Assembly (NCBI GenBank): GCA_965372795.1
Contig: CBDVDR010000009.1
Span: forward strand, 2,986-66,985
Length of the DNA stretch: 64,000 bases
Direction: 5' to 3'
Source of the DNA: an uncultured bacterium
GTDB taxonomy: Bacteria; Zixibacteria; MSB-5A5; GN15; FEB-12
Positions 48,951 through 57,844 of this stretch are shown here, piece after piece. The translations under genes were made by a program, and so were the position numbers. The stretch's first letter is position 1, and each line of letters opens with the position of its first letter. Below the pieces are notes generated by a model. That model was given only the letters and a program-made list of their open reading frames with translations. It was not told the origin of the DNA and searched no databases.

Positions 48951-49065
48951 AATGAAGTATTTGAAAAAAAACATACGATGTATGCCTTAGGAGAAATCAC
49001 ACCGTGTGTGCGCCAGAATAAACCACACGAAGTGTGCACGAAGTATATCAAAGTGGCAATGCCAC

Positions 49066-49096
49066 AAAAAAGGCACCTCTTTCGAGATGCCTTTTC
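49066..49096 (-). terminator. Intrinsic terminator after the tonB operon
   Basis: AAAAAAGGCACCTC-TTTC-GAGATGCCTTTT. Confidence 0.75.
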
Positions 49097-49158
49097 ATAT
49101 TTCATATTCCGCTATGCGGAATCAATCCCACCGCGTGGGGTCAATCCCATTATATGGG

Positions 49159-49896
49159 TTATCCGTCTGTAAGTTCGAATTCTACCTTATAAGTCACCCA
49201 GACCTTGACCGGACGGCCATTCTGGATACCGGGTTTAAACTTACATTTATAAGCCGCTTTAACAGCCGATTCATCAAGAGAGGTTACGCCGGATGTTTTT
49301 CCAACGATAGCTTTCATGACTTCACCCTCTTCATCAATCAGCGCACTGACCCAGACCAAACCGGTAATACCGGCTTGCTTTGCCAGACGAGGATATTTCG
49401 GAGTATGCTGATAAATCATTTCCGGATAAATTTCTACCGGCACAAAATCGGTCGGCGACGGAAGAAATTCATCATCACCAATATCAACCACAATATCGCC
49501 GTCCCCATCAGACGCTTGAATATCCGGGGCAACGATCTCAGCCAGATCTTCACGAGATGCAATAACAACATCATCATCAAGAACCTCATCATCAGCCACC
49601 GGTTTTGGAATACCTACTTTCGGCATTGCCACATTCGGCTGACTGACCTGAACCTGAGGCGGTCTTTTTGAAACACTGGGAGGTGGTCCCAGATCGGCAA
49701 CAGTTTTAATAACCACTGCCTGAGCAATAAATTCGTCGTCTCCACCTACTGAGCTTACAATCCATGAGACAAGCAAAATAGAAAAAACCAAAGCCAGTGT
49801 AAATACGGTTCCAAGCAGGAAATTTCGCTGGTATTTTGATTTTAGCTCAAACGCTCCATAGGGCGAGTAGATGGCACTTTCATGTAGACCTGCCAT
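49159..49896 (-). CDS. tonB: Energy transducer TonB
   Basis: YGAFELK N-terminus, single TM, Pro-rich linker, YPRLAKQAGITG.V.V.ALID..G.V, FKPGIQNGRPV. Confidence 0.92.
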   Translation of the reverse strand: MAGLHESAIYSPYGAFELKSKYQRNFLLGTVFTLALVFSILLVSWIVSSVGGDDEFIAQAVVIKTVADLGPPPSVSKRPPQVQVSQPNVAMPKVGIPKPVADDEVLDDDVVIASREDLAEIVAPDIQASDGDGDIVVDIGDDEFLPSPTDFVPVEIYPEMIYQHTPKYPRLAKQAGITGLVWVSALIDEEGEVMKAIVGKTSGVTSLDESAVKAAYKCKFKPGIQNGRPVKVWVTYKVEFELTDG

Positions 49897-50546
49897 TATA
49901 GTTCACCTCTTCCTACAGCTTCGCTTACAGCAGCTTCCATAATTTTATCATCTCTATCTTCCCAATCGCCAATTGCATAACGGTAAGAGAATTTTTCATC
50001 TCTAGTAAGGTCTTCAACTTTTTTATCAAGTTGTTCAGCGGTAAACGCATTCCAGGACCGCTCAATCAGATCAATCTCATCAAGAATATTCACCATATCA
50101 GCATAAGTTGCCTCACGGTGAATTAGAACCAGAGTATTCAGTTTGCTGTTTTCGCGATTCTGATGGGTTAAAAGTCCCTGAAGAGTATCAGACCATAACA
50201 AATATGCAACTGTATCCGGTGTTTCCGGACTTTTGGGAAGTAACAGAGGAAGATTTTCAGGAGTCGGAGTTTTCAGATTCCACCAGAAACGGCTCTCTCC
50301 GTCGACACGGATACTGAGCAGATTGGATTCTTTAACTTCAACTTCTTCTTCCTGATCTTTCGGGGGCAAATTGATTTCCATTGCCTGCGGCATGGAGAAC
50401 ACCGTTGACACCATATAGAAAATTAACAATAAAAATGCGATATCGACCATAGGGGTCATATCAATTTTAATTGAGATTCTTCGTTTAGGTCGCCGAAGTC
50501 CTTTTTTACCTGGCTTTGGAGCCCGTTGTGCTACATCACCTGCCAT
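49896..50546 (-). CDS. exbD: Biopolymer transporter ExbD (copy 2)
   Basis: IDMTPMVDIAFLLLIFYM TM with conserved Asp; YADMVNILDE. Confidence 0.9.
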   Translation of the reverse strand: MAGDVAQRAPKPGKKGLRRPKRRISIKIDMTPMVDIAFLLLIFYMVSTVFSMPQAMEINLPPKDQEEEVEVKESNLLSIRVDGESRFWWNLKTPTPENLPLLLPKSPETPDTVAYLLWSDTLQGLLTHQNRENSKLNTLVLIHREATYADMVNILDEIDLIERSWNAFTAEQLDKKVEDLTRDEKFSYRYAIGDWEDRDDKIMEAAVSEAVGRGEL

Positions 50547-50621
50547 TTATTTTAGTTACTCCTTATCAACATTTTACTGTCAATAGTTATACGTATTAAC
50601 TATTGCCTTCGTCGTTAAAAA

Positions 50622-51092
50622 CTACGCCTCAACTTCATTATCAGTAATAATCAGGAATCTTTCGAGGTGGTTTTCCTGCATCGAAGACATAACATCTTTC
50701 ATTATTCCAAAACTTGCTCGTCTATCAGCTTTAATCACAATTAAAGCTTTTCTATTTATGGCTCGAGCTTTGTTGATTGCTGTAGGCATATCATATTTAT
50801 TTACAGTCAACACTTTACGGCCGACTGTCGGAATTTCTTTACCATCAATTATGATGGTTGTCTTAATAACATAATCGACATAAATCGAGTCATATTTTGT
50901 GACAGTAATATTAATAATATCCTTAGCCGGCAACTCAATCATAGAATGCGACTGCGGTAGTTCCACCGCACGAGCCTCCGGTGGTTTAAACGTAGTCGTA
51001 GCCATATAGAAAATCAACAGCAGAAATGCGATATCAACCATCGGGGTCATATCGATTACGATAGATACGCGCCGTTTTTTCTTAGTTGCCAT
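50622..51092 (-). CDS. exbD: Biopolymer transporter ExbD (copy 1)
   Basis: IDMTPMVDIAFLLLIFYM; IVIKAD..ASFG..KDVM. Confidence 0.9.
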   Translation of the reverse strand: MATKKKRRVSIVIDMTPMVDIAFLLLIFYMATTTFKPPEARAVELPQSHSMIELPAKDIINITVTKYDSIYVDYVIKTTIIIDGKEIPTVGRKVLTVNKYDMPTAINKARAINRKALIVIKADRRASFGIMKDVMSSMQENHLERFLIITDNEVEA

Positions 51093-51096
51093 AGTA

Positions 51097-51855
51097 TTAG
51101 ATTCCTTGCTTATCTTTCAAAATCTGGAGAACTTCAAAAGTGGCTTCATCAGTAGTATAGTTGAAAGCATCAACTTTGTTAACGAAGAAGTTGTAGAAGA
51201 AAATACCCACAATACCTGACAGAAGACCACCGGCTGTATTAACCAGAGCTTCAGAAATACCGGTTGCTAAAGCAGTAGCATCAATGACACCGCCTTCAAC
51301 ATTACCAGTAGCAGCAAAGGCACGAATCATACCAATAGTAGTTCCTAAAAGACCAACCATGGTAGCAATAGATGCAATAGTTGAAAGAGCGATCAAGTTA
51401 CGTTCAAGTAATGGTCCCTCTAAAGCATTAGCTTCTTCAATCGCAGTCTGAGTCAAAGCAATTTTCTTTTCAGCATCATAGTTATTATTATCTTTTACTT
51501 CGCGAAAGCGTTCAATACCGGCACGAAGGACATTAGCAGTTGTACCGCGCTGTTTATCACAAGCAGCCAAAGCACCATCAAGATCATCGCCGTTGATCAG
51601 AGTTATAACCTTTTTGAAGAAAACCTGAACGGAGCTTTTGCCTTTAGCAACGCCGTATAGTGAAAGATAGCGTTCTACGACAAAAACGAGCAGCATAATA
51701 AAAATCTGGATAAGTAGAACAACAAGAGGTCCACCCTGATAAATTGAGTGGATAATAGCATTCTCAGAAGTTCTGAAAACACCATACCAAAGACCAAAAC
51801 CGATTGCAAATGCCACAATAGCATTCAACGTGACAAAGAGAGTTTGTTTAAGCAC
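51097..51855 (-). CDS. exbB: MotA/TolQ/ExbB proton channel protein
   Basis: LSTIASIATMVGLLGTTIGMIRAF; LATGISEALVNTAGGL; GGAGG RBS before GTG. Confidence 0.92.
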   Translation of the reverse strand: MLKQTLFVTLNAIVAFAIGFGLWYGVFRTSENAIIHSIYQGGPLVVLLIQIFIMLLVFVVERYLSLYGVAKGKSSVQVFFKKVITLINGDDLDGALAACDKQRGTTANVLRAGIERFREVKDNNNYDAEKKIALTQTAIEEANALEGPLLERNLIALSTIASIATMVGLLGTTIGMIRAFAATGNVEGGVIDATALATGISEALVNTAGGLLSGIVGIFFYNFFVNKVDAFNYTTDEATFEVLQILKDKQGI

Positions 51856-51886
51856 TTAACAATTCCTCCAACCTATTTTATTAAAA

Positions 51887-52870
51887 TTAAATTTCAACAC
51901 CTTTAACAGCAACCAATACAAATCCAGCCATAGATACAAAGACACCCCAGGATAAAGTTCCCAAAAATGCCCCAGGTCCGTAGCTGCTGCCAATACTTTG
52001 ATATACCGAAACTGCATCAAAACTGTATTCCGCTCCTATAAAAGAAAGAGATAGTGCCGCTACAAAAATCAACACCGGAATCCAGTTCAATTTTACAATT
52101 TTCTTTAAAAACAAAGCTTTTTCATCATCAGTCCCCTTACCCCCATACAAGCCGAACATTGTGTAAGCCGGAAGACCTATACAAAGAATCGTGTAGACCA
52201 ATAACAGAGCGGCTGATAACATCAGAATAAATCCCGATGAAAACACCATTCCTCCAACAGAACCCAATGAGACAATTGAACCTATGCCGGTAAGCTGGTC
52301 ATATTCACGATTGATTTTTTTCTTGGCAACATAAGAGTGAAGGATTTCTTCACTGGTACCTTCATTGGAAATAGGGTCTATTTCCCCAGCAATAGTTTCA
52401 CCTTCAATTGCATCAGTAACTGCTGTATCACCTTCAATAACTTCTGTTGAAGCACCATCCTGTGCCACAGCATCCTCAACTCCCGCAATTGCCAATGAAT
52501 CTACAAGAGAATCACCGAGCACAGCCTGAGTTGATTCTACATTAGAAGTTACCGGAGTGACCTCTTCAATAATTTCATTGTATGCAGAATACCAAGGTAA
52601 AAACAGGGCCGCAATAATTATTACACAAGTAATAGTCATCACTATTCTGTCACCGAATGAAACCCTTTCACCGGTTAAGGTGCAAGCTTCACGGATAATT
52701 TCGCCCTTTGCTCTTTTTTCCAATACCGACTTAATCAGCTTTTCTTTTTCAGCATCAGATTTAAACAAATCTTTTGGTTTTCCAGGATGTACTTCAAAAC
52801 CGATATAACTAAATCGTTCTTTCTCCGTAATCCTCTTTATGGAGCCAACCTTTTTTTCTTCATCTGCCAT
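51887..52870 (-). CDS. Hypothetical multi-pass membrane protein with acidic extracytoplasmic loop
   Basis: ALFLPWY TM, long D/E-rich segment, further TM helices; lies inside the exbBD operon. Confidence 0.7.
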   Translation of the reverse strand: MADEEKKVGSIKRITEKERFSYIGFEVHPGKPKDLFKSDAEKEKLIKSVLEKRAKGEIIREACTLTGERVSFGDRIVMTITCVIIIAALFLPWYSAYNEIIEEVTPVTSNVESTQAVLGDSLVDSLAIAGVEDAVAQDGASTEVIEGDTAVTDAIEGETIAGEIDPISNEGTSEEILHSYVAKKKINREYDQLTGIGSIVSLGSVGGMVFSSGFILMLSAALLLVYTILCIGLPAYTMFGLYGGKGTDDEKALFLKKIVKLNWIPVLIFVAALSLSFIGAEYSFDAVSVYQSIGSSYGPGAFLGTLSWGVFVSMAGFVLVAVKGVEI

Positions 52871-52892
52871 TCAGACTCCCAAACTTCAATTA

Positions 52893-54827
52893 TTATTTAT
52901 TAGTATCATCAAAAAATTCAAACCTAGTATCATCCTGACCTTTTTTGGCCTGTTCATTAGTAGTATCACACTTTAACACTTTGCCGTACCAGTTATAGGC
53001 GTTTTTGAAATCATCATTCGCATCCTGTTTGTCATTCGCTTTAGCAGCGGCACGAAGATGATAACACTGAGCAACCCATAAAGTCAAATCGACATCGTTA
53101 CATTTACCTCCGTCTGAGGTAGTGCAAGTATATGCATCTTTTAAATATTTAAGAGCAAGACCATAATTTTTGTCACAGATACCGCCAAAATAAGAATATC
53201 CAATAGCTTTTTTTGCATCACAATTATCAGGTTCAATATCGAGAAGTTTTTTATAATATTCTACACCGTTGGTACAATCGAATAAATTTCTTAAATAATT
53301 ATCAGAGATAAGAAGCAAAACTTTTGTATCCGACGGGAAGTAAACGAGATATTGCTTATAATAATCTATTGCAACTTCAAAATAATTTATGTCAGGATCA
53401 ATACCACCGGTTCCAATCTCACCATCTTCTTCAAGATCTTCTTCAAGTTCCAAATCATCACCCTCAGAAGCATTATTGGCGATGCTCAAGGCACACGAAC
53501 CGGCATTTTTTAAGATCAAAGCGGAAGTGGAATCAATACCAATTTCAATTCTCTTGTTATAATATTCAAGAGCCTGTGCGTAGCTTTTCATATTATGATA
53601 AGCAAGAGCCATGCTCTGGACAAGACGCTTCTGATCAGGTCTCTCTTTTAAAGATATCGTATAATATTTTGTTGCAGAGGCAAAATCTTTATTCGGTTTA
53701 CGATAGTAATAAGAGTCACCCAACAGGCGGTATAATTCCGAACCTCTAATTTTATTTTTATAATTTCCATCTTGCTGTGCAACCCAATCAATATGCTTTA
53801 ATAACATATCAGCTGCTTTAACATAATCTTTTATGCCCCACAATGATTTGCCGTAATAGAAATAAATATCACGGGGCTCATACGGAATTGCAAGAACCTG
53901 ATCGAAATAAGAGGCAGCATCTTCAAAACCATTGATATTTGCATATGACATTGCTGTCTCAAAATATACTCGTACATAATTTGAATCAGCTTTTACATCG
54001 GCTAATTCAAGGAATTTTTTATAGGAACCAATAGCATCAATAAACCTGCTTTTGCGTTCTTCACGTGACCGGGAAGACATCGCCGCTTTAAAATAAATCC
54101 CTCCGGCACGCATCCAGGCTTGTGCATGGGTGCTGTCTTTGGTTAAAACAACTCTAAGTTTTTCAATAGCACAATTGTAGTCTTTCATCTCAAGACATGC
54201 TTCAGCCCAATGGAAATAGACTTCCTTAGATGCCGTATCAACTGCAAGAGCTTTTTTATATTCGCTGATTGCTAAAGATGGAATGCCCTGAAAAAAATTG
54301 GCATCACCCAAATTAATATGAAATTCGGCGTTATCCTTGTCGCCTATCAGAGCAGCTCGGAAGGCTCTGTCAGCATCAACATATTCCCCTTTTTCCAACA
54401 GAATAAGCCCCATGCCATTTTCAAACTTATATTTCTCTTTTTTTGCTTTTTTTCTGCCCTGCAAAAAAACTTTCTCAGCCTCATCAATGTCACCAAGCTC
54501 TAATAGACATAACCCAGCATAGTATTGAGAATCAAAATGTTTTTTCTTTTTCTTAGCCGATTTCTGAAAATTTTCAAGGGCTTTTTCATAATCATACTGA
54601 GCATAATAAATCTGACCGAGAGCGTAATAATTATAGTAATATCCTTCATCGACAGCTATCTCTTTATTTATTAATCCGATCGCTTTAGTTGTATCACCGG
54701 AATTCAAAGCTGCAACAATATTAGCTTTTAATTCTACTGAATTTACAGACGACATGATACTCAATGATAGGAAACAAACGACGGCTAGAGAAAGCCAAAT
54801 TTTTCTGCTGCTTTTTTTCAAACTCAT
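52893..54827 (-). CDS. Exported tetratricopeptide-repeat protein
   Basis: Signal peptide from MSLKK (54827); many TPR units (YYALGQIY..A, HINLGDA..AISEYKKAL); acidic linker. Confidence 0.85.
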   Translation of the reverse strand: MSLKKSSRKIWLSLAVVCFLSLSIMSSVNSVELKANIVAALNSGDTTKAIGLINKEIAVDEGYYYNYYALGQIYYAQYDYEKALENFQKSAKKKKKHFDSQYYAGLCLLELGDIDEAEKVFLQGRKKAKKEKYKFENGMGLILLEKGEYVDADRAFRAALIGDKDNAEFHINLGDANFFQGIPSLAISEYKKALAVDTASKEVYFHWAEACLEMKDYNCAIEKLRVVLTKDSTHAQAWMRAGGIYFKAAMSSRSREERKSRFIDAIGSYKKFLELADVKADSNYVRVYFETAMSYANINGFEDAASYFDQVLAIPYEPRDIYFYYGKSLWGIKDYVKAADMLLKHIDWVAQQDGNYKNKIRGSELYRLLGDSYYYRKPNKDFASATKYYTISLKERPDQKRLVQSMALAYHNMKSYAQALEYYNKRIEIGIDSTSALILKNAGSCALSIANNASEGDDLELEEDLEEDGEIGTGGIDPDINYFEVAIDYYKQYLVYFPSDTKVLLLISDNYLRNLFDCTNGVEYYKKLLDIEPDNCDAKKAIGYSYFGGICDKNYGLALKYLKDAYTCTTSDGGKCNDVDLTLWVAQCYHLRAAAKANDKQDANDDFKNAYNWYGKVLKCDTTNEQAKKGQDDTRFEFFDDTNK

Positions 54828-54888
54828 AATCCTTATGCTTTTTTTCACAGTTAGGCAAATTATAGAGAAATCACTCAAAGTCAAGCAT

Positions 54889-55134
54889 TTATTTAGCGTT
54901 TAACCCCTTGCTCCAAGCAATTATACTCTCATTTAACTTTTTAATTTCACCGGCAGATTGAATTAATAAGATTACAATCGCCAGCAAAGTTAACATTATT
55001 TGAACGCTCAATGTCAACATATGTCCAAATCTTATTTGAACATAAATTAAAGCAATTGTTAAAATTATAGCACTTAGTAAATTTAATACCCGTGTAACCA
55101 CTTTAACAATTATAATGTTCTGATTATTATACAA
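54889..55134 (-). CDS. Small two-TM hypothetical protein
   Basis: GGAGG RBS before TTG 55134; two hydrophobic helices; first gene of the operon. Confidence 0.5.
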   Translation of the reverse strand: MYNNQNIIIVKVVTRVLNLLSAIILTIALIYVQIRFGHMLTLSVQIMLTLLAIVILLIQSAGEIKKLNESIIAWSKGLNAK

Positions 55135-55182
55135 ACGATTCCTCCAAATCTTCCCAGGATGTCCTTGTTTAATATAATTATC

Positions 55183-55198
55183 ACAACATCCGTGCCAA
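55183..55198 (-). promoter_or_regulatory. Sigma54-like (-24/-12) promoter
   Basis: Minus strand TTGGCACG-GATG-TTGT versus consensus TGGCACG-N4-TTGC. Confidence 0.45.
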
Positions 55199-55391
55199 TT
55201 ATGCCTCCATCTTGTTTTGTAATCGTTATTTTATTGTTATTGAATACCTTATAGAATAATTATTGGAAATGTTTCACTCTTTCCAATAATTGACATTACG
55301 CAGTTATTGCGTATAGAATTAGTCGCACTGAAAATGGAGATCGTAAGTCTTAGTGGATAAATGCCTTAAGCGAGCCCAAGAAGCGCATTTA

Positions 55392-56507
55392 TTAATCCTT
55401 TAAAATTTTGATTCGTATATATCCACTATTTTGAAGAATAAAATTTGCCAGGACTTTTGTTTCTACGGGATGGCCACTATAATCCAGAGCCGGATAAAAC
55501 CTCTTATTTTTGATCATTTGGAAAATTGGTTTTCGGTTTCTTTTCTTCATTTTACTGAATCGTGAGATTTTTGCTTTTCCGGAAGTATCTACGGAGAATA
55601 AAATCAAGACCGAATCCTTAGATATGTTTCTTGAAGCGGAGAGAAAATTATCGGGAGAAATAAATGCCGGAATTGGCTCCTGTAAATTACCCACTGTATC
55701 CGGGATAAGCTTTAATTGCAGATTGTGATAATATGAATCCCCATCCTTATTTGACGGATACCACGGGATGGTGGGATAGTTTACATATGGAAAAAAAGAA
55801 ACAATCAAATAATTTTCAGATGCAACCGGCTGGTTATCAATAAATGCGGGTTTAAATTTTGCCCATTGAATGGCTGATTGAAGCTGAACATCGTATTGAC
55901 TATATGTTGAAGATATTTTTTTGATTTCTACTGGATTTCCTGTTTCATCTATATTCACTTTAAACAATATAAAGGGATTGGCTGTCAAGCTATCGTTTGG
56001 CTCCAAATCACAATAATAGGTAGGGAAAAAATCTAATTTTGCAAATTCAACCTGAATTGAATCAAAAGCAGAGAAGTAAAGGGCTCTGTTAAATATTTTA
56101 CGGGCGGTATCGATAGGAAAGTAAACTTCCGGGAAAATCACTTTTTTTTCAAATCGAAGAATACAAGGCAGTAAGAAAGCTACTTTCTTGCCATCTTTTT
56201 TTGCAGCCTCAAATTTTACAGACATCAAATTATCTCTAAAATAATCGACATAGGCTAAATCCTGTACTGTTTCAGGAGTTATTTTTTTAATCTTCCCCTT
56301 CTTATCTATAGTAAGATGCACCTTCACATCGTAAATACCATCAACAATTGCAAGCCACCGTTTAGCCGGCTTAAACTTAAATGGTTTAGGAATCGGCAAT
56401 TGCCAACCAAATAATTCGGGGCGATCCTTGGCAAAGGTTGATAAGGGGAAACAAACTAAGACTATTAAAATTAATAATTTTCTCATAAACACTTTTGGTC
56501 TCATCAT
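55392..56507 (-). CDS. Exported protein with three TonB C-terminal-like repeats
   Basis: Signal peptide; three V.IDxxG...F.(P/A)A..(D/G)..V units. Confidence 0.65.
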   Translation of the reverse strand: MMRPKVFMRKLLILIVLVCFPLSTFAKDRPELFGWQLPIPKPFKFKPAKRWLAIVDGIYDVKVHLTIDKKGKIKKITPETVQDLAYVDYFRDNLMSVKFEAAKKDGKKVAFLLPCILRFEKKVIFPEVYFPIDTARKIFNRALYFSAFDSIQVEFAKLDFFPTYYCDLEPNDSLTANPFILFKVNIDETGNPVEIKKISSTYSQYDVQLQSAIQWAKFKPAFIDNQPVASENYLIVSFFPYVNYPTIPWYPSNKDGDSYYHNLQLKLIPDTVGNLQEPIPAFISPDNFLSASRNISKDSVLILFSVDTSGKAKISRFSKMKKRNRKPIFQMIKNKRFYPALDYSGHPVETKVLANFILQNSGYIRIKILKD

Positions 56508-56625
56508 TATTTCTTATTAAACAATAATAAAAGAGAGTGGCTTCACAAAAAACTAAAATTTTCAACTTGTTATAATTTGACTACGTTTGTAAAATACAAG
56601 AGATCATTTAAACGAGTTTAATATT

Positions 56626-57507
56626 ATGAAAAAATATCATCAGATAACTATTGTTTTAGTCATTGCTTTTTACTCTTACTCATTCGGTCAGAGTTCAATT
56701 ACTATTGATCATATTGACGGTGAAATCTCCCCGGGAGTTGTAAATATCTATAATGACATAACTTTCTATTTTCGGATGACCAACAATAGTGGTTTTTCAA
56801 TTGTAGGTTCCACCAATGGATTTGAAATCTATTCACCGGATAATGCCGTTTGGGATACTATTATCCCTGAATTTACAAATTCAAATTACGTTACTATCTA
56901 TGACAGCCTCATTTTCATCAACCAATTTAGTTCCAGAGAACCAAGTTATGATACTATCGGATTTGGCGGTTTTGATATACCAATCGGTGGAGAACCACCT
57001 GAACAAATAGGCATCCCGACTGGATTTAATGAAGTTTTTGCTAAAATGACAATTCAATTTAGCAGTGGGAATGAAAATAAACATATCTGTATTGATTCTG
57101 CTTTTTATCGCTCGGGTGGAAACTGGGTTTGGTCATACATACGTCCAACGAATGGTGATCTTCGAGCTTCATGGAGTGGTCCTTTTTGCTATGAATTAAC
57201 CAATATACCAACGGCTGTACATGAAATTTCGCCTGTTGATCTTCCAAAACAATTTAAGCTCCACCAAAACTCCCCCAATCCGTTTAATGCCAGCACCCGG
57301 ATTGAGTTTGATCTCCCTCAAGTAACAGATTTTAATCTTTCGATATTTAATATTACCGGTCAGTTAGTAAAGTCTTTTTCATCTGAAAGAGCCAAAGGCA
57401 GTCAATCCATTATCTGGGATGCGTCCTCGGTGGCGAGCGGAGTTTATTTGTACCGCCTATCTGCCGGTGAATTTCAGGATGTAAAGCGGATGGTTTTGAT
57501 TAAATAA
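56626..57507 (+). CDS. Secreted protein with T9SS type-A-like/FlgD Ig C-terminal domain and an N-domain shared with 37950-40274
   Basis: LPKQFKLHQNSPNPFNASTRIEF...IFNITGQLV...WDA...SGVYLYRL...KRMVLIK. Confidence 0.85.
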   Translation: MKKYHQITIVLVIAFYSYSFGQSSITIDHIDGEISPGVVNIYNDITFYFRMTNNSGFSIVGSTNGFEIYSPDNAVWDTIIPEFTNSNYVTIYDSLIFINQFSSREPSYDTIGFGGFDIPIGGEPPEQIGIPTGFNEVFAKMTIQFSSGNENKHICIDSAFYRSGGNWVWSYIRPTNGDLRASWSGPFCYELTNIPTAVHEISPVDLPKQFKLHQNSPNPFNASTRIEFDLPQVTDFNLSIFNITGQLVKSFSSERAKGSQSIIWDASSVASGVYLYRLSAGEFQDVKRMVLIK

Positions 57508-57636
57508 AATGCGATAAAACAAACAATCTCCGTTTTGTTTTTATTTGCTCAAAATCATAATAATAATTATATATAGTAATAGGATTGAGGATTAATCTCT
57601 AAAATTTGTAATTATCTATTAAAAGGAGAAGATATT

Positions 57637-57756
57637 ATGGCTAAAGGGCAAGATAAGGGTCAAAAAGAAAACAAGAAAAAGGCTAAAAAATCTACCAAGG
57701 AAAAACGTAAAGACAAAAAAGATAAGAAAAATAAGAAAACAAGCGATTCTGTTTAG
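57637..57756 (+). CDS. 39-aa lysine-rich small protein (not in ORF track)
   Basis: AAGGAG RBS; MAKGQDKGQKENKKKAKKSTKEKRKDKKDKKNKKTSDSV; terminator downstream. Confidence 0.7.
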   Translation: MAKGQDKGQKENKKKAKKSTKEKRKDKKDKKNKKTSDSV

Positions 57757-57795
57757 CTTGTAATATGAAAAGTAACCATTCTTTGAAATTGTCAT

Positions 57796-57826
57796 AAAAA
57801 AAGCCCTGTATCAACAGGGCTTTTTT
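57796..57826. terminator. Bidirectional intrinsic terminator
   Basis: AAAAAAGCCCTGT-ATCA-ACAGGGCTTTTTT. Confidence 0.85.
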
Positions 57827-57844
57827 GCTATCAAAATTCAATAT

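Noticed and set aside
48891-49671. Plus-strand ORFs 48891-49172 and 49006-49671
   Set aside because: They start in repeat/terminator DNA and run antisense to tonB with no protein-like motifs. The same applies to the many 60-140 aa shadow ORFs overlapping PFOR, gltA, the helicase, E1 and the peptidases.
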